Shown: one piece after another, positions 44,602-54,409 of the stretch
Position numbering within the stretch: position 1 is the stretch's first letter
How the letters are laid out: every line of letters begins with the position of its first letter
Source of the DNA: a virus
Length of the DNA: 64,000 nucleotides
Reading direction: 5' to 3' (one strand)
Virus record (IMG/VR): IMGVR_UViG_3300007106_000008
Span: 1-64,000 of that record
Notes under the pieces: generated by a model
What the model was told of the DNA's origin: nothing
Databases searched by the model: none
Seen by the model: only the letters and a program-made list of their open reading frames with translations
Program-made: the position numbers and the translations under genes

Positions 44602-46671
44602 TTACTTCAAATGATGCTTAAGCTTGTCAATAGCTTTGCATTCCTCTTCTGTTAACCCAAGTGCTACATAGGACTTCTTAGCAGAACGTTTAAGGTCATG
44701 GATAGAGTGAGCTTTACTATAGTCAGACATACCAGAATCATTGAGCCAACCACGAATGGTATTGGCATGTTTACTAGAACCAGCAGGCTTAGACTTCACA
44801 GTCTTAGCTTTAACTTCTTTTTTAACTAGGTCGGGTTTAGTTTTTAAGCTACGAATATTAGCAATAGCATGTACAATCTCGCTACTAACACCAAGTGCAG
44901 CCCAGGGTTTACGTTCTCTACCACGTAATTCTACCAATAAGTCAGCAGCAGCTAACTTGTCTCGGTCATTTGAGGCGGAGCTAAACTCTTTCACCAATTC
45001 AATAATTTGTTCTTTCACGGTAGGGGCCTTAGAAGTAACTACTTCTTTGGTAGGTTTTACATCGGTAGCTTTAACGACAGGGGCTTGAGCTTGTGGGTTA
45101 TCCAAGTTCTCTTCCATGTTAAGAGCAGTCTTGTTTGCTGATGTACGTACTTGCTCAACTGGTTCATTACCACCTAAGCGAGTGTAAGTTAACTTAGTAC
45201 CTTTATGACCACCTACTGACACAAGGTCAGTTGGGGCATTGTGGTTACCCACCAATACATCATTAAGTAATGCCTTACCTTTCTCTGTATTTGATAAGTA
45301 ATTACCTGAGTTAACATTGTTACGCTCTACATTATCCAATTCAGCAATAATGTGATAAGCACACACACGCATCTTATTGGCATTGTACTGAGGTACGGCA
45401 AACACATCCTCTGGTGCTACCTTACCAATGATAGTTACGTCACCATGAAATGTTCCTAGATAACTCATAGAGGCAATGTGTAAACCATTTGAGCAGTCTT
45501 GGGTACGACTAGGGTCAACTAAGTCTTCCCTAACTTGTACTTTACAACCTACCCATTGTTTGATATTGCCTGAATGACAATCTACAAACACACGACGCTC
45601 CCCTTTTTTCTCGCTAAAGTTAAGCCGTTTAAAGAACAGAATTGAACCATCATCAGCAATAGGAAGTTCTGCACATTCCATAAATTTCATTAAGTCTTCT
45701 ACAGAGTGACGACGAGAATCTACTACTGAAGCTACCCGTTCCAAGAACCTAGTGAAACCTTTGTAATCTTTTAAAGATGATGCCTGACGCATGTGTCTTT
45801 GAAGACTTTCTACACCGGGGATAACCTTATCCCCTACAATAGCAACTACTGTTTCTGCCTTTTTCACACCTACATGGAATTCAGCATTATCAGTATCTAT
45901 TGCACCAAGAGACTTTAGTTTTTCAGAAGCAGCAGCAAGCTTATCTTGGTTGCTTGGTTCTTTTATCTTAGACTCTTGGTATACATCAGGTGCTGATTCA
46001 TACCCTTCAGTTATTGCATAGTGAACGCCTTTGATTTGCTTTAATCGAGATACGTATTCTATTGCCATATCTTCAGTAACGCCTTTTAATGCAATAGGCA
46101 ATTCACCCTGAAGGTATTGAATTGAATAATAACTATTGGTGTGTAGCAAATCATTAATGAACTTAATCAAAGAAATTCGGTCATGCTTTAAATCAAAACC
46201 TGTAATCCACAAGATTCGATTGCGTTTGGCATTATTACCATCTATCTCTTCCATTTCTGGTTCTACAGGGGTAGTACCTACAGAATTGAAAGTATTCATG
46301 GCTTTTTCTACCAAAGACTCTACTGGTGACTTGTTACCCAATTCAATATGGGGAACCAATGTAACTGGTTGATCTTTGGTACCGTCTGCAAAGAACTCCT
46401 TTAGTTTGCTTTTAGCAATCTTAAAGAATTTAACTAGACCCCCTGTACCTTTTTCAGCGTCAGTGTATTCAGTCTTTTTAGGGAGTTCTGTTGTGATGTC
46501 TACTTGGACTGGTTTACCTGAGCTAAGCCCCTTGGACTTAGCCTCATTAACAATACGGGCAACACGAATGTCGCCCTGTGGTATAACTACTGTAGAACCA
46601 TCTTGCTTCCACAGCGTTAAATTACGGCTATCAACCGCTAAAGCAATGATAGTAATAACATTAGGATTCAT
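44602..46671 (-). CDS. rIIB-like protein (N4 gp34 position)
   Basis: 689-aa ORF immediately downstream of and overlapping the rIIA-like gene. Call rests on synteny. Confidence 0.55.
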   Translation of the reverse strand: MNPNVITIIALAVDSRNLTLWKQDGSTVVIPQGDIRVARIVNEAKSKGLSSGKPVQVDITTELPKKTEYTDAEKGTGGLVKFFKIAKSKLKEFFADGTKDQPVTLVPHIELGNKSPVESLVEKAMNTFNSVGTTPVEPEMEEIDGNNAKRNRILWITGFDLKHDRISLIKFINDLLHTNSYYSIQYLQGELPIALKGVTEDMAIEYVSRLKQIKGVHYAITEGYESAPDVYQESKIKEPSNQDKLAAASEKLKSLGAIDTDNAEFHVGVKKAETVVAIVGDKVIPGVESLQRHMRQASSLKDYKGFTRFLERVASVVDSRRHSVEDLMKFMECAELPIADDGSILFFKRLNFSEKKGERRVFVDCHSGNIKQWVGCKVQVREDLVDPSRTQDCSNGLHIASMSYLGTFHGDVTIIGKVAPEDVFAVPQYNANKMRVCAYHIIAELDNVERNNVNSGNYLSNTEKGKALLNDVLVGNHNAPTDLVSVGGHKGTKLTYTRLGGNEPVEQVRTSANKTALNMEENLDNPQAQAPVVKATDVKPTKEVVTSKAPTVKEQIIELVKEFSSASNDRDKLAAADLLVELRGRERKPWAALGVSSEIVHAIANIRSLKTKPDLVKKEVKAKTVKSKPAGSSKHANTIRGWLNDSGMSDYSKAHSIHDLKRSAKKSYVALGLTEEECKAIDKLKHHLK

Positions 46672-49219
46672 AAGTAGCCTTTCTGTTTATGATGTTACGA
46701 ATGATGGATTTGTACCCAGGGATATCTTCTGGGTGACCTTTCAACCAGGAAATAATCTGAGAGAAGTCTGTATAAGCCAATAGCCCAGCCATACTTTTAT
46801 AACAGAATTTATTCTGCAACTGATTTAATGGGTCATAGCTTTTATGATTTCTGAAATCAATCAATGGTATGTATTGGTCTAAGTCACATACTGAACTGAT
46901 TACCCCTAACTCAATCATATTCTTAATATCTTGATTACGTTTTTTGTATATAAAGTCAACCACCCATTGATACGCTGGGTTGTATACCAGATTATCTAGT
47001 GCTTTAAACTTTATACCCAATAACCCAAATAAGGCTAGGGTATCCTTCCTTCCTATTTGCAAATATTCAAAGATATCAGGTCGCTGCTCCGTAGCATATT
47101 TCTTAAAACCTTTGGACTTAAGGATATCCATTAGTTCTAAGTAACGCTTAGTATTTAGATGTACTGCTCCTCGTTTGATGGCTTTATTTACTTCAATACC
47201 ATTACGACAAACAATAGTACAATCCAATATATCCTCCGAAATATCAGACCATTTATACATTGCTGTAATATACGGATTATCTTTTACACTACCGTTTCTG
47301 ATTTCAGATTGAAGTACGTAATACTTAGGTTCTTCCACATCAATATGATTGTACTGTTTCCAGCACTCTGGATTAGCACATTCTTTTCTGATTAGTACTC
47401 CATTATCACCTAAATCTAGCTTAATACTCTTGATAGAGATTAAACGGTTAGGGGTAGAACCTTCCATGCCTTTAGCCAATAAGTCAGCTTTCTTCTTGGC
47501 TCTTTTTTTAGCAGCAGCTTCACGCTCATTCTTGCGATATTTAGCAATCTCATCCCAATCATGGTCTTGAGTAAGGTCTACTACTGTATAACCAAGTGCT
47601 TGGTACTTTTTAGTAGCAATCTCGGCTTCACCTTTCTTACTACCGATACGAACTACAAAAGCAGACTTTTGATAATCAGCTTCGTTTGTAAAACCAGGGT
47701 ATCCTTTAAAGGACTCTCCTAAGTCTTGCATACGTTTAGTAACTACAACAGTTTTGCTTTTTACAATATGCAGCAAGCTTGGTTGCCCACATTCACTAAG
47801 AAAGTTATTTAGTTTATTTTTATAAACAAAACAGTTATCCGGTGAACTACCCAAACTGAATATATAAGCATCCCAGCTTAGTTTACTTTTATGTAAATCA
47901 GCTAAGTAAGGTAAGATGATTTTTCTATTAAGCCACTCATTAAATATATGATAATTGTTATCTCTTTTGGCTTTTTTAACAACACCCCTGGCCTTGTTAA
48001 AATTTATACCTAAGCCCTTAAAGTAGTCCTGCCCTAAATAAGCATCAATGGCCATATTCCCCCACTTAGCCATATAGTGCAGTTTAGCTTTATACCAGAG
48101 ACTTGATTTCATATATTTTATTATTTTACGGTCTTTTACTAAGTCCATGTAATAAGTGCTACTTCTAAAAAATGTAATAGGATTAGACTTAATATTATAC
48201 TCTATTTCCTTAATAGCATTAGGGATTCCTTCTTTAATATCCTTTTCAAGTTTATATGCTATATCAATACATAAATTAGTAATACCATCATCTGTCATTT
48301 TCTGATTCGATAAAGTCTCACGACTAGGGGCAACAGCCAGTGTAGATGGGGCAGCCTGAATTAAGATACGTCGAGAACCAATGATATTCATGAAATTCTC
48401 AATAAGATTGATAGCTTCTTTAGTTTGAGTACTTTCAATCGCAGGATAGATAACATTACCATAGCGAATGAATACACTACCTCGCCCCATATAATCTAAG
48501 TACCAATCGTTCTCGATATTATAAGAACCTGGTTCAAAAGACATACCTAGTGTAGGTAATTCTTTTGTAACCCAATCATATCCCTCTTCATTTTTATTAC
48601 ACATCTCTAGTTCAAGTAATGCTTTAATTTCCCCATTGAAAACAATGGATTTAATATATTCAATAAAGGTTCCAACCTCTCCCTTGTTTAACTGAAACTT
48701 AACTTCAAGACCCGAATCCAGAGTATTAGCATTAGTAACAATAGGAATTATACCAGGCTTACCATCAGTCTCTACAGAGGACTTGGTGACATTATAAATA
48801 GACATCTTACCTTGGTTCCATGAAGTAACCTGGAAGCTATCTACATAGGCAAATGGTGACTTACACCCTAATCCAAAACCACCCGTGGTTTCATTATTAG
48901 ATTTTTTGGTAGATGCACCATAGGTACCATATACAGCTTGGATATTGCTATTTGGAATACCATTACCGTAATCACGAAAGATAATGAAATTATCTCGGTC
49001 GACGCTAATCTTAATAGGAAGGTCAGTTTTACCGGCTTCTATATGAGCATCCCAGCTATTACAGATAGTTTCGCGAACTACTGCTAAAGTGGGATTGTTA
49101 TACAAAGATGAACTAAGTACGTGGAAGAAAGCAGGGTCATCTGAAATACCAAATGACATTGCTTTAGCACCACCTATCGTTGCTGATGTTGTTAATTCGT
49201 GATTGTCTGCGACCTGCAT
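46661..49219 (-). CDS. rIIA-like protein with GHKL (HATPase_c) ATPase domain (N4 gp33 position)
   Basis: N-box ETICNSWDAH, G1 DYGNGIP, G2 TGGFGLGCKSPFAY, in the first 130 aa of 852. Confidence 0.75.
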   Translation of the reverse strand: MQVADNHELTTSATIGGAKAMSFGISDDPAFFHVLSSSLYNNPTLAVVRETICNSWDAHIEAGKTDLPIKISVDRDNFIIFRDYGNGIPNSNIQAVYGTYGASTKKSNNETTGGFGLGCKSPFAYVDSFQVTSWNQGKMSIYNVTKSSVETDGKPGIIPIVTNANTLDSGLEVKFQLNKGEVGTFIEYIKSIVFNGEIKALLELEMCNKNEEGYDWVTKELPTLGMSFEPGSYNIENDWYLDYMGRGSVFIRYGNVIYPAIESTQTKEAINLIENFMNIIGSRRILIQAAPSTLAVAPSRETLSNQKMTDDGITNLCIDIAYKLEKDIKEGIPNAIKEIEYNIKSNPITFFRSSTYYMDLVKDRKIIKYMKSSLWYKAKLHYMAKWGNMAIDAYLGQDYFKGLGINFNKARGVVKKAKRDNNYHIFNEWLNRKIILPYLADLHKSKLSWDAYIFSLGSSPDNCFVYKNKLNNFLSECGQPSLLHIVKSKTVVVTKRMQDLGESFKGYPGFTNEADYQKSAFVVRIGSKKGEAEIATKKYQALGYTVVDLTQDHDWDEIAKYRKNEREAAAKKRAKKKADLLAKGMEGSTPNRLISIKSIKLDLGDNGVLIRKECANPECWKQYNHIDVEEPKYYVLQSEIRNGSVKDNPYITAMYKWSDISEDILDCTIVCRNGIEVNKAIKRGAVHLNTKRYLELMDILKSKGFKKYATEQRPDIFEYLQIGRKDTLALFGLLGIKFKALDNLVYNPAYQWVVDFIYKKRNQDIKNMIELGVISSVCDLDQYIPLIDFRNHKSYDPLNQLQNKFCYKSMAGLLAYTDFSQIISWLKGHPEDIPGYKSIIRNIINRKATYES

Positions 49220-49577
49220 TCTTTACTCTCCAGATTAAATGCTGCTTTAACTTTTGTTATTAAATAAACGATTACGAAAATTGGTAATTTCGTCTGTCTC
49301 ATCTTCAATAGAATTATATGTGGTATTCTGTATTGCCAATCAGCTCCTTCAATCGCTCAACACTAAACTGCTCTAAATCGTTTGACATAATTCAACCTTA
49401 ACTAAAGTAATTGATAAAATTATTTAATATTAAGAAATTTAACCATATAGAACGAAAAAATTGCAGAAATAACTAAAGAGGAGATGCAACTAAAAAAAAA
49501 GTTGAAATGGCTTTGAAAATACAAGGGATACAATAATAAATCCAAATAACGCAGATAAAACAGCACCAAATATAATT

Positions 49578-49787
49578 TTAATGATTAAAATCATCATCAC
49601 CATCCTTAATAATATCTGGCTTGTATCGCTCACGACCTGATCCATCACAAGCGCCGCATTTTGGTGATCCGTCATTATCATAGTATCCACTGCCGGAACA
49701 CGCGGAGCATTTTCTTAACTTCCAGTCTTTAATAAACCGCATGTAATAATCGGTACGCCAAGCCTTACGCTCGCGGAACTTCATCAC
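49578..49787 (-). CDS. Mini-protein with DnaJ-type CxxCxGxG zinc-finger repeats
   Basis: 69 aa with CSACSGSGY and CGACDGSGR repeats. Confidence 0.6.
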   Translation of the reverse strand: MMKFRERKAWRTDYYMRFIKDWKLRKCSACSGSGYYDNDGSPKCGACDGSGRERYKPDIIKDGDDDFNH

Positions 49788-50236
49788 TCACTGTCCTTAA
49801 CGACGATGCCTGCGTCACGTAACACAGATAAAATATCTTCCGGGCGGTAAGCATTCATGTAACTAACTTTCGTTGAATGCCCTCGCATATAAGGTATTCT
49901 CGCCGGTTCTGGCAGCTTAATAACCTTCGATGGTGGAGCGGGGTAGAGCTTTGATAGACTCCACGTACCTAAAGTGCCAGAGCAATGGCATTTTGACTCA
50001 TGTTCATCAAGCCACTCAACGCCACAGTCGTCACAAGTCCATAACTCCCTTGGAGGCTCTTGATTACCCTCAAGCTCAGCAATCCTCGCTTGTGCTGCTT
50101 TGAGTTGCTCAGCGACATCATCGTAGAGCACAAAACGACCTTCCATGGAATCTGGAACAGGGGTTACATCAATCATACCTGTGGTGCAATCTTCTGTTAG
50201 TTCGTAGCGAGTTAATTCTGCTATATCAACTGTCAT
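49784..50236 (-). CDS. Hypothetical protein with Cys-rich segment
   Basis: 150 aa with WTCDDCGVEWLDEHESKCHCSG. Start/stop overlap with the neighbour. Confidence 0.6.
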   Translation of the reverse strand: MTVDIAELTRYELTEDCTTGMIDVTPVPDSMEGRFVLYDDVAEQLKAAQARIAELEGNQEPPRELWTCDDCGVEWLDEHESKCHCSGTLGTWSLSKLYPAPPSKVIKLPEPARIPYMRGHSTKVSYMNAYRPEDILSVLRDAGIVVKDSE

Positions 50237-50259
50237 GAGGTTGTTCCTTGCAAAGAGGT

Positions 50260-50487
50260 TTAGTCAGGTAATTCTTCTAGATTATGGATTGGGATAGTGA
50301 AGAAAGGATAGCCACCATCTTCTTCCAGTGTTACTGACATGTGCTTTTGCCCAGTGTAATAAGAGTCGGATTCTGCTGCACCGTAATCTACTTTAGTACA
50401 TTCATATACCAAGTCACCCTTTTCACTGTTATTAGCAATACTGTTAAGTAATGGTGTATCTTTAATACGAAATTTACGTGGTTTCAT
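50260..50487 (-). CDS. Hypothetical protein
   Basis: 75-aa ORF with SD-like agggggac upstream. Confidence 0.55.
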   Translation of the reverse strand: MKPRKFRIKDTPLLNSIANNSEKGDLVYECTKVDYGAAESDSYYTGQKHMSVTLEEDGGYPFFTIPIHNLEELPD

Positions 50488-50514
50488 AAGTCCCCCTAGG
50501 ACTTTAATATAATC

Positions 50515-50540
50515 AAAAAAAGACCTCCTGTAGGAGGTCT
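50515..50540 (-). terminator. Rho-independent terminator after thyX-like gene
   Basis: agacctcct-gt-aggaggtct stem. On the - strand it is followed by ttttttt. Confidence 0.7.
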
Positions 50541-50555
50541 TAGCTTTATTGATAA

Positions 50556-51491
50556 TTAATCTAGGATTGTTTCACCAGGGATTAATTTACGAAATTGAAT
50601 AAAATGTTTCAGGTTACCTGAGTAGAGATTTCCAGCCCTGTCCATAGAAGTAATACCATTTTCCCATTGTGACGGCTTAAGATGTTCCCCCATGCTATCC
50701 ATTGGAGTAGCTTGGTGCTCAGTAGGGCTTGCATGTACAGGTTGGTCATGCACTAATTGAGAAAATAACTTAAGGTCTTCTTCTAGAGTAGAAGGCTTAC
50801 CTTCAAAGTTATTGTAAGAAGCTCTTGCACAACGGGAAGCAGATACTTTTAAAAGTAACCCATTAATTTCTTCATCACTTGGTTCATCCCTAGTAATTCT
50901 TAGCTGTTTGCAAAAATTATAGGCAGCAATGTGGTCAATATGATGGATATAGGGTAAATGCCATTCCCCCGTTAAAAGAACTCTAGGTATAGATTTAGTA
51001 TGGGCAATTTTCATCTCCTGAGCCAGAATACGAATCTCCGGTTGTGCATCGTCATGGTCACGCAGACCATAGAAGTTAGCCCAACTAGTAGAGGTAACCA
51101 CTACACGGATATGAGTGAATGGTTCAAGAATGCGATTAACAATCTGTTTATGAACCTGACCTCGACGTAATTGCTCTGCAAATACAGAGGCAGCTTGTGC
51201 AGCACTATTCCATATTAACTCAGCATCTTTAATTTCGGCTTCTGATAATTCTTCCTTAGCTTGCATCCCTTTCTGATTCTTACCCCAATGGCTTGGTACC
51301 ACTGGTTCATTACGAACCTGTTCAATGAATTTAGATGTAGGAATTGCACGACTACTTGACGCATTACGGTTAAATATACGATGAGTCATAAACTCACTAT
51401 GAATGAACCGTGGGTATACCAGCTCAAAGGTGGTAATTCTTGTGCCAGTATATGGATGCATACTGTCAGCAATGATTTCAGCCTTTATCAT
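50556..51491 (-). CDS. thyX: Flavin-dependent thymidylate synthase (ThyX-like)
   Basis: ThyX signature region FMTHRIFNRNASSSRAIP (HR-x7-S-x-R). 311 aa. Confidence 0.8.
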   Translation of the reverse strand: MIKAEIIADSMHPYTGTRITTFELVYPRFIHSEFMTHRIFNRNASSSRAIPTSKFIEQVRNEPVVPSHWGKNQKGMQAKEELSEAEIKDAELIWNSAAQAASVFAEQLRRGQVHKQIVNRILEPFTHIRVVVTSTSWANFYGLRDHDDAQPEIRILAQEMKIAHTKSIPRVLLTGEWHLPYIHHIDHIAAYNFCKQLRITRDEPSDEEINGLLLKVSASRCARASYNNFEGKPSTLEEDLKLFSQLVHDQPVHASPTEHQATPMDSMGEHLKPSQWENGITSMDRAGNLYSGNLKHFIQFRKLIPGETILD

Positions 51492-51912
51492 TAAATGTCC
51501 TTAAATAGTTTATTGTATTATTCTTACTGGCTAACAGCTTTTTAGTCTCTACGTATGCCAACACGTATTCACTTCTCGGTAGTTCACTAATTACATGAAT
51601 TCCACTTGATAATGCTATAGCACACGTATCAGCACTACTCATGTTCATAGAGTGCTCTTTGCTATCGTAGGTATATAAATATTCTTTATAGATTTCCTTA
51701 AGAGCTTTCCTAGATATTTCTGATATATCATGAGAGCCAGAAAAACAACTTAGACGGTAAATGATATTCACTTGTTCAAATACTAAATCTAAGTTCATTA
51801 TAGGTTTAACCAATTCTTTTTGAGCAAGTTTGTTTAGTTCATAACCGCTTTTTATTTTACTCATATACATGGTTGGTTTTTTATGTCTTCTACGTATAAA
51901 TGGTATTCTCAT
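51478..51912 (-). CDS. Hypothetical protein
   Basis: 144-aa ORF overlapping both neighbours. Confidence 0.55.
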   Translation of the reverse strand: MRIPFIRRRHKKPTMYMSKIKSGYELNKLAQKELVKPIMNLDLVFEQVNIIYRLSCFSGSHDISEISRKALKEIYKEYLYTYDSKEHSMNMSSADTCAIALSSGIHVISELPRSEYVLAYVETKKLLASKNNTINYLRTFNDKG

Positions 51913-52190
51913 TAGTATTTATTACCCCGTTTATACCAGGGGTAATGATTAGTGGTACTTTTACCTTTGAGTATATCCCTGGTCTTGGGTTTTCTATCTA
52001 GTTGATTAAGCAACTGTCCATACAACCCCAAGTATGGATTAGACCAAAATCTATCAATTATATTGAAAGCTTTTGTCTTAAAATGTGGCTCTATTTTAAT
52101 AAGATAAGGGTTATCTGCCCACATCGAATAACCTGAATTACCAAAATACATGTCTTGTATGATTGATTTTCCATACTGACGGGAATGCAT
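51912..52190 (-). CDS. Hypothetical protein
   Basis: 92-aa ORF. Confidence 0.55.
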   Translation of the reverse strand: MHSRQYGKSIIQDMYFGNSGYSMWADNPYLIKIEPHFKTKAFNIIDRFWSNPYLGLYGQLLNQLDRKPKTRDILKGKSTTNHYPWYKRGNKY

Positions 52191-52204
52191 AACAGTTGCT
52201 CCAA

Positions 52205-52232
52205 TTAAAAAAGCCCACAGTTAAGTGGGCTT
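52205..52232 (-). terminator. Rho-independent terminator
   Basis: aagcccac-agttaa-gtgggctt stem. On the - strand it is followed by ttttttaatt. Confidence 0.7.
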
Positions 52233-52357
52233 GGGTTACTAATGGATAAGCAATGGGCTGGAAGGAACTTCCCCAAATACCCCTGCATAGTAGGGGTATT
52301 CAGGTAAACGCCTAGCATATAGCTCGGGGGTGTCTACTTAATCACGCATTGGTTATC

Positions 52358-52558
52358 TTATTCTGCGTCTGCTTCAGCAGTATTTGCCAAGGCTTTAGCT
52401 ACATTGCGGCGAACAGAATCATAACCGACTTCGGTCAGCAGTGATGTACCAGACACAAAGTTGATTTCTCCTTTACCTTCTACGTCTACTACGAATTCAA
52501 CGTTTTCAGCAACAACAGAGATTTTACGGCCATTAACTTTAGTAGAGAATACTGACAT
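52358..52558 (-). CDS. Hypothetical small protein (short form)
   Basis: The internal ATG at 52558 (MSVFSTKVNG...) is preceded by aaaggaaat. The longer tracked form (to 52654) would run through the AP2 remnant. Confidence 0.5.
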   Translation of the reverse strand: MSVFSTKVNGRKISVVAENVEFVVDVEGKGEINFVSGTSLLTEVGYDSVRRNVAKALANTAEADAE

Positions 52559-52568
52559 GATATTTCCT

Positions 52569-52703
52569 TTAGGCACTTCTGCCATGATTTGGGTTATAGC
52601 CGAATCGTTTTTCGGCATCTTTTCTGGTTGATACTGCGTCCTCAAAGTCTGCAAACCAACCTAAGTGAACTTTCTGATTGTTATCATAGATGGAGGCGGT
52701 CAT
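52569..52703 (-). pseudogene. Remnant of an HNH-AP2 homing endonuclease (AP2 C-terminal fragment only)
   Basis: My translation is MTASIYDNNQKVHLGWFADFEDAVSTRKDAEKRFGYNPNHGRSA. It aligns by eye with the AP2 ends of the intact HEGs in this window (for example KLTHLGYFADINEAISKRKVAEKEYGF). No HNH part upstream. Confidence 0.55.
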
Positions 52704-52727
52704 GTAAAGGCTTAGCTTTCATAACAC

Positions 52728-53234
52728 CTACTTACTTTCCCGTGCTTCCACGGGTCTATCTGGTTGATTGTTGTACTTGCCCTTATAGTGGGCAGGTTCT
52801 TGAACCAAATGGAACAACACTTGTGCAATCCCGGAACCAGCCGGGATATGTAACTTTTTACGCCCATGATAAACCAGTTCTAGAGTAAGGTACCCTTTCC
52901 ATCCTGGTTCAATCACAGTATTGAATACTGATAGAGCACGTCTTGCCCAGGTAGACTTATCGTGAACGATAGCTACACAGGATGATGACATGTTGAATTT
53001 CTCTACAGCAGAGGCCAAGGTAAATTTTCCCAAATGACGGCTAACACGGCCCCCATCAACGACTTTCACCATTGGAATCACCCCAAATAAGTGATAGAAG
53101 GTGATGCCTTGTTTGATACGAATATCATAACCAGCTTCACCTAATCCATAACTTACGCCACCAAAGGAAACCTTGCTGTTTGGTATATCCAACAACTGGG
53201 CTGATTGGTGTAGAGCCTTTCCATTAATTACCAT
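52728..53234 (-). CDS. dCTP deaminase / dUTPase-superfamily enzyme
   Basis: GEAGYDIRI, IVHDKSTWARRALSVFNTVIEPGWKGYLTLELVYHG and IPAGSGIAQVLFH are typical of the dCTP deaminase family. Confidence 0.8.
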   Translation of the reverse strand: MVINGKALHQSAQLLDIPNSKVSFGGVSYGLGEAGYDIRIKQGITFYHLFGVIPMVKVVDGGRVSRHLGKFTLASAVEKFNMSSSCVAIVHDKSTWARRALSVFNTVIEPGWKGYLTLELVYHGRKKLHIPAGSGIAQVLFHLVQEPAHYKGKYNNQPDRPVEARESK

Positions 53235-54406
53235 TATTTCATTCCTGGTTCGATGTGGAGTAGTTCCCCAAAAGGAACCGTAGCATGAGGATTACCTAAC
53301 GAAACCCATATGATTGGGATATCAAAAGGTAATTCTTCCATTGGAGCTACATGCATATCAGAGAATATTATCGCAGCAGTAGGTTTATTTTTAATAATCC
53401 ACTCCCGTACTTCTACTAATGATGTACCACCTCTACCTGTAATCTTAATTTCCTCAAAGGAATCCTCTTCGGTTATGTCCATTACATCCTGAATAACATC
53501 ATCAAAGGTGATGAGTGTCATACGTTTAGGGTTGAACTCAGATTTAACGTAAGCCACCTCTGAGTTAAAACGTAAAGAGTCGGCTTTACTAATGGAACCA
53601 GATACATCCTCAAAGTATGCGAGATGCCTTAGACGACCTTCATCATCTACCAAAGAAGGTAAGTACATATCTGGGTATCTACGGTTAGGTCTTGCCCATG
53701 TGTACTTTGTATCTTCCAAGTCTGTGAAAAATTCTATTAGTACTTGCTGCCATGGAACAACTGGCTTTAGGAATTGGGTAATAATCTCCTGAATGCGACC
53801 TGCACCTTTACCAGCCATTTGTTCACCAGACAATTTCTGTTGCTGCATAGCACGTACAACGATATTCACAATAGTAGCTGGTGTTTGTCCTATCGGAAGT
53901 TTGAGCATATCCCCATCAGAACCTATACCAAAAGCCCCTGAAGTTTTTGGCTTCTTATGGGGGTTTCTCATAAGGTCATCGTAGATATCCTCTTCTGTCC
54001 AACCTACATAACGTGGGTCTTTCCAGCAATTCTCTATACCCTCGAATGAGTAACCATCTTCTTCAAGTTGGTTATTGATATAAATATCACATGCTTGGTT
54101 CCACGTTTCATTATCACGACTTCCTTGTCTTATAATGTGTAATAACCCTACATGCCACAACTCGTGCATAAGCACGGTTTCCCTGGCTGCTGGTGTCATC
54201 CAAATAAAGAAATCTGGATTAAACTGAAGTTCCACACCATTAGTCTGGGCAGTAGGACATCCTTCTCGATTCCATGAGAATTTTAAACTACATAACAATG
54301 AACCAAAGAAAGCAGCACTCTTGCCCAAGAAAGCCTGAGCTTGAATACGGTCGTACTCTCGCATGAGTTGTTCATCGTTCAGTGTGTGCTGAGGAATCTG
54401 GTTCAT
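53234..54406 (-). CDS. VWA-domain protein with N-terminal HExxH metallopeptidase-like domain (N4 gp25-like)
   Basis: MHELWHVGLLH (HExxH) and MIDAS-like DVSGSIS. Directly downstream of the MoxR-like ATPase. Confidence 0.75.
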   Translation of the reverse strand: MNQIPQHTLNDEQLMREYDRIQAQAFLGKSAAFFGSLLCSLKFSWNREGCPTAQTNGVELQFNPDFFIWMTPAARETVLMHELWHVGLLHIIRQGSRDNETWNQACDIYINNQLEEDGYSFEGIENCWKDPRYVGWTEEDIYDDLMRNPHKKPKTSGAFGIGSDGDMLKLPIGQTPATIVNIVVRAMQQQKLSGEQMAGKGAGRIQEIITQFLKPVVPWQQVLIEFFTDLEDTKYTWARPNRRYPDMYLPSLVDDEGRLRHLAYFEDVSGSISKADSLRFNSEVAYVKSEFNPKRMTLITFDDVIQDVMDITEEDSFEEIKITGRGGTSLVEVREWIIKNKPTAAIIFSDMHVAPMEELPFDIPIIWVSLGNPHATVPFGELLHIEPGMK

Positions 54407-54409
54407 AGG

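Noticed and set aside
49220-49489. 270-nt AT-rich gap upstream of the rIIA-like gene as a possible regulatory RNA or origin
   Set aside because: It contains only a 24-codon ORF and short weak inverted repeats. Nothing exceeds chance expectation. It is most simply a promoter/leader region.
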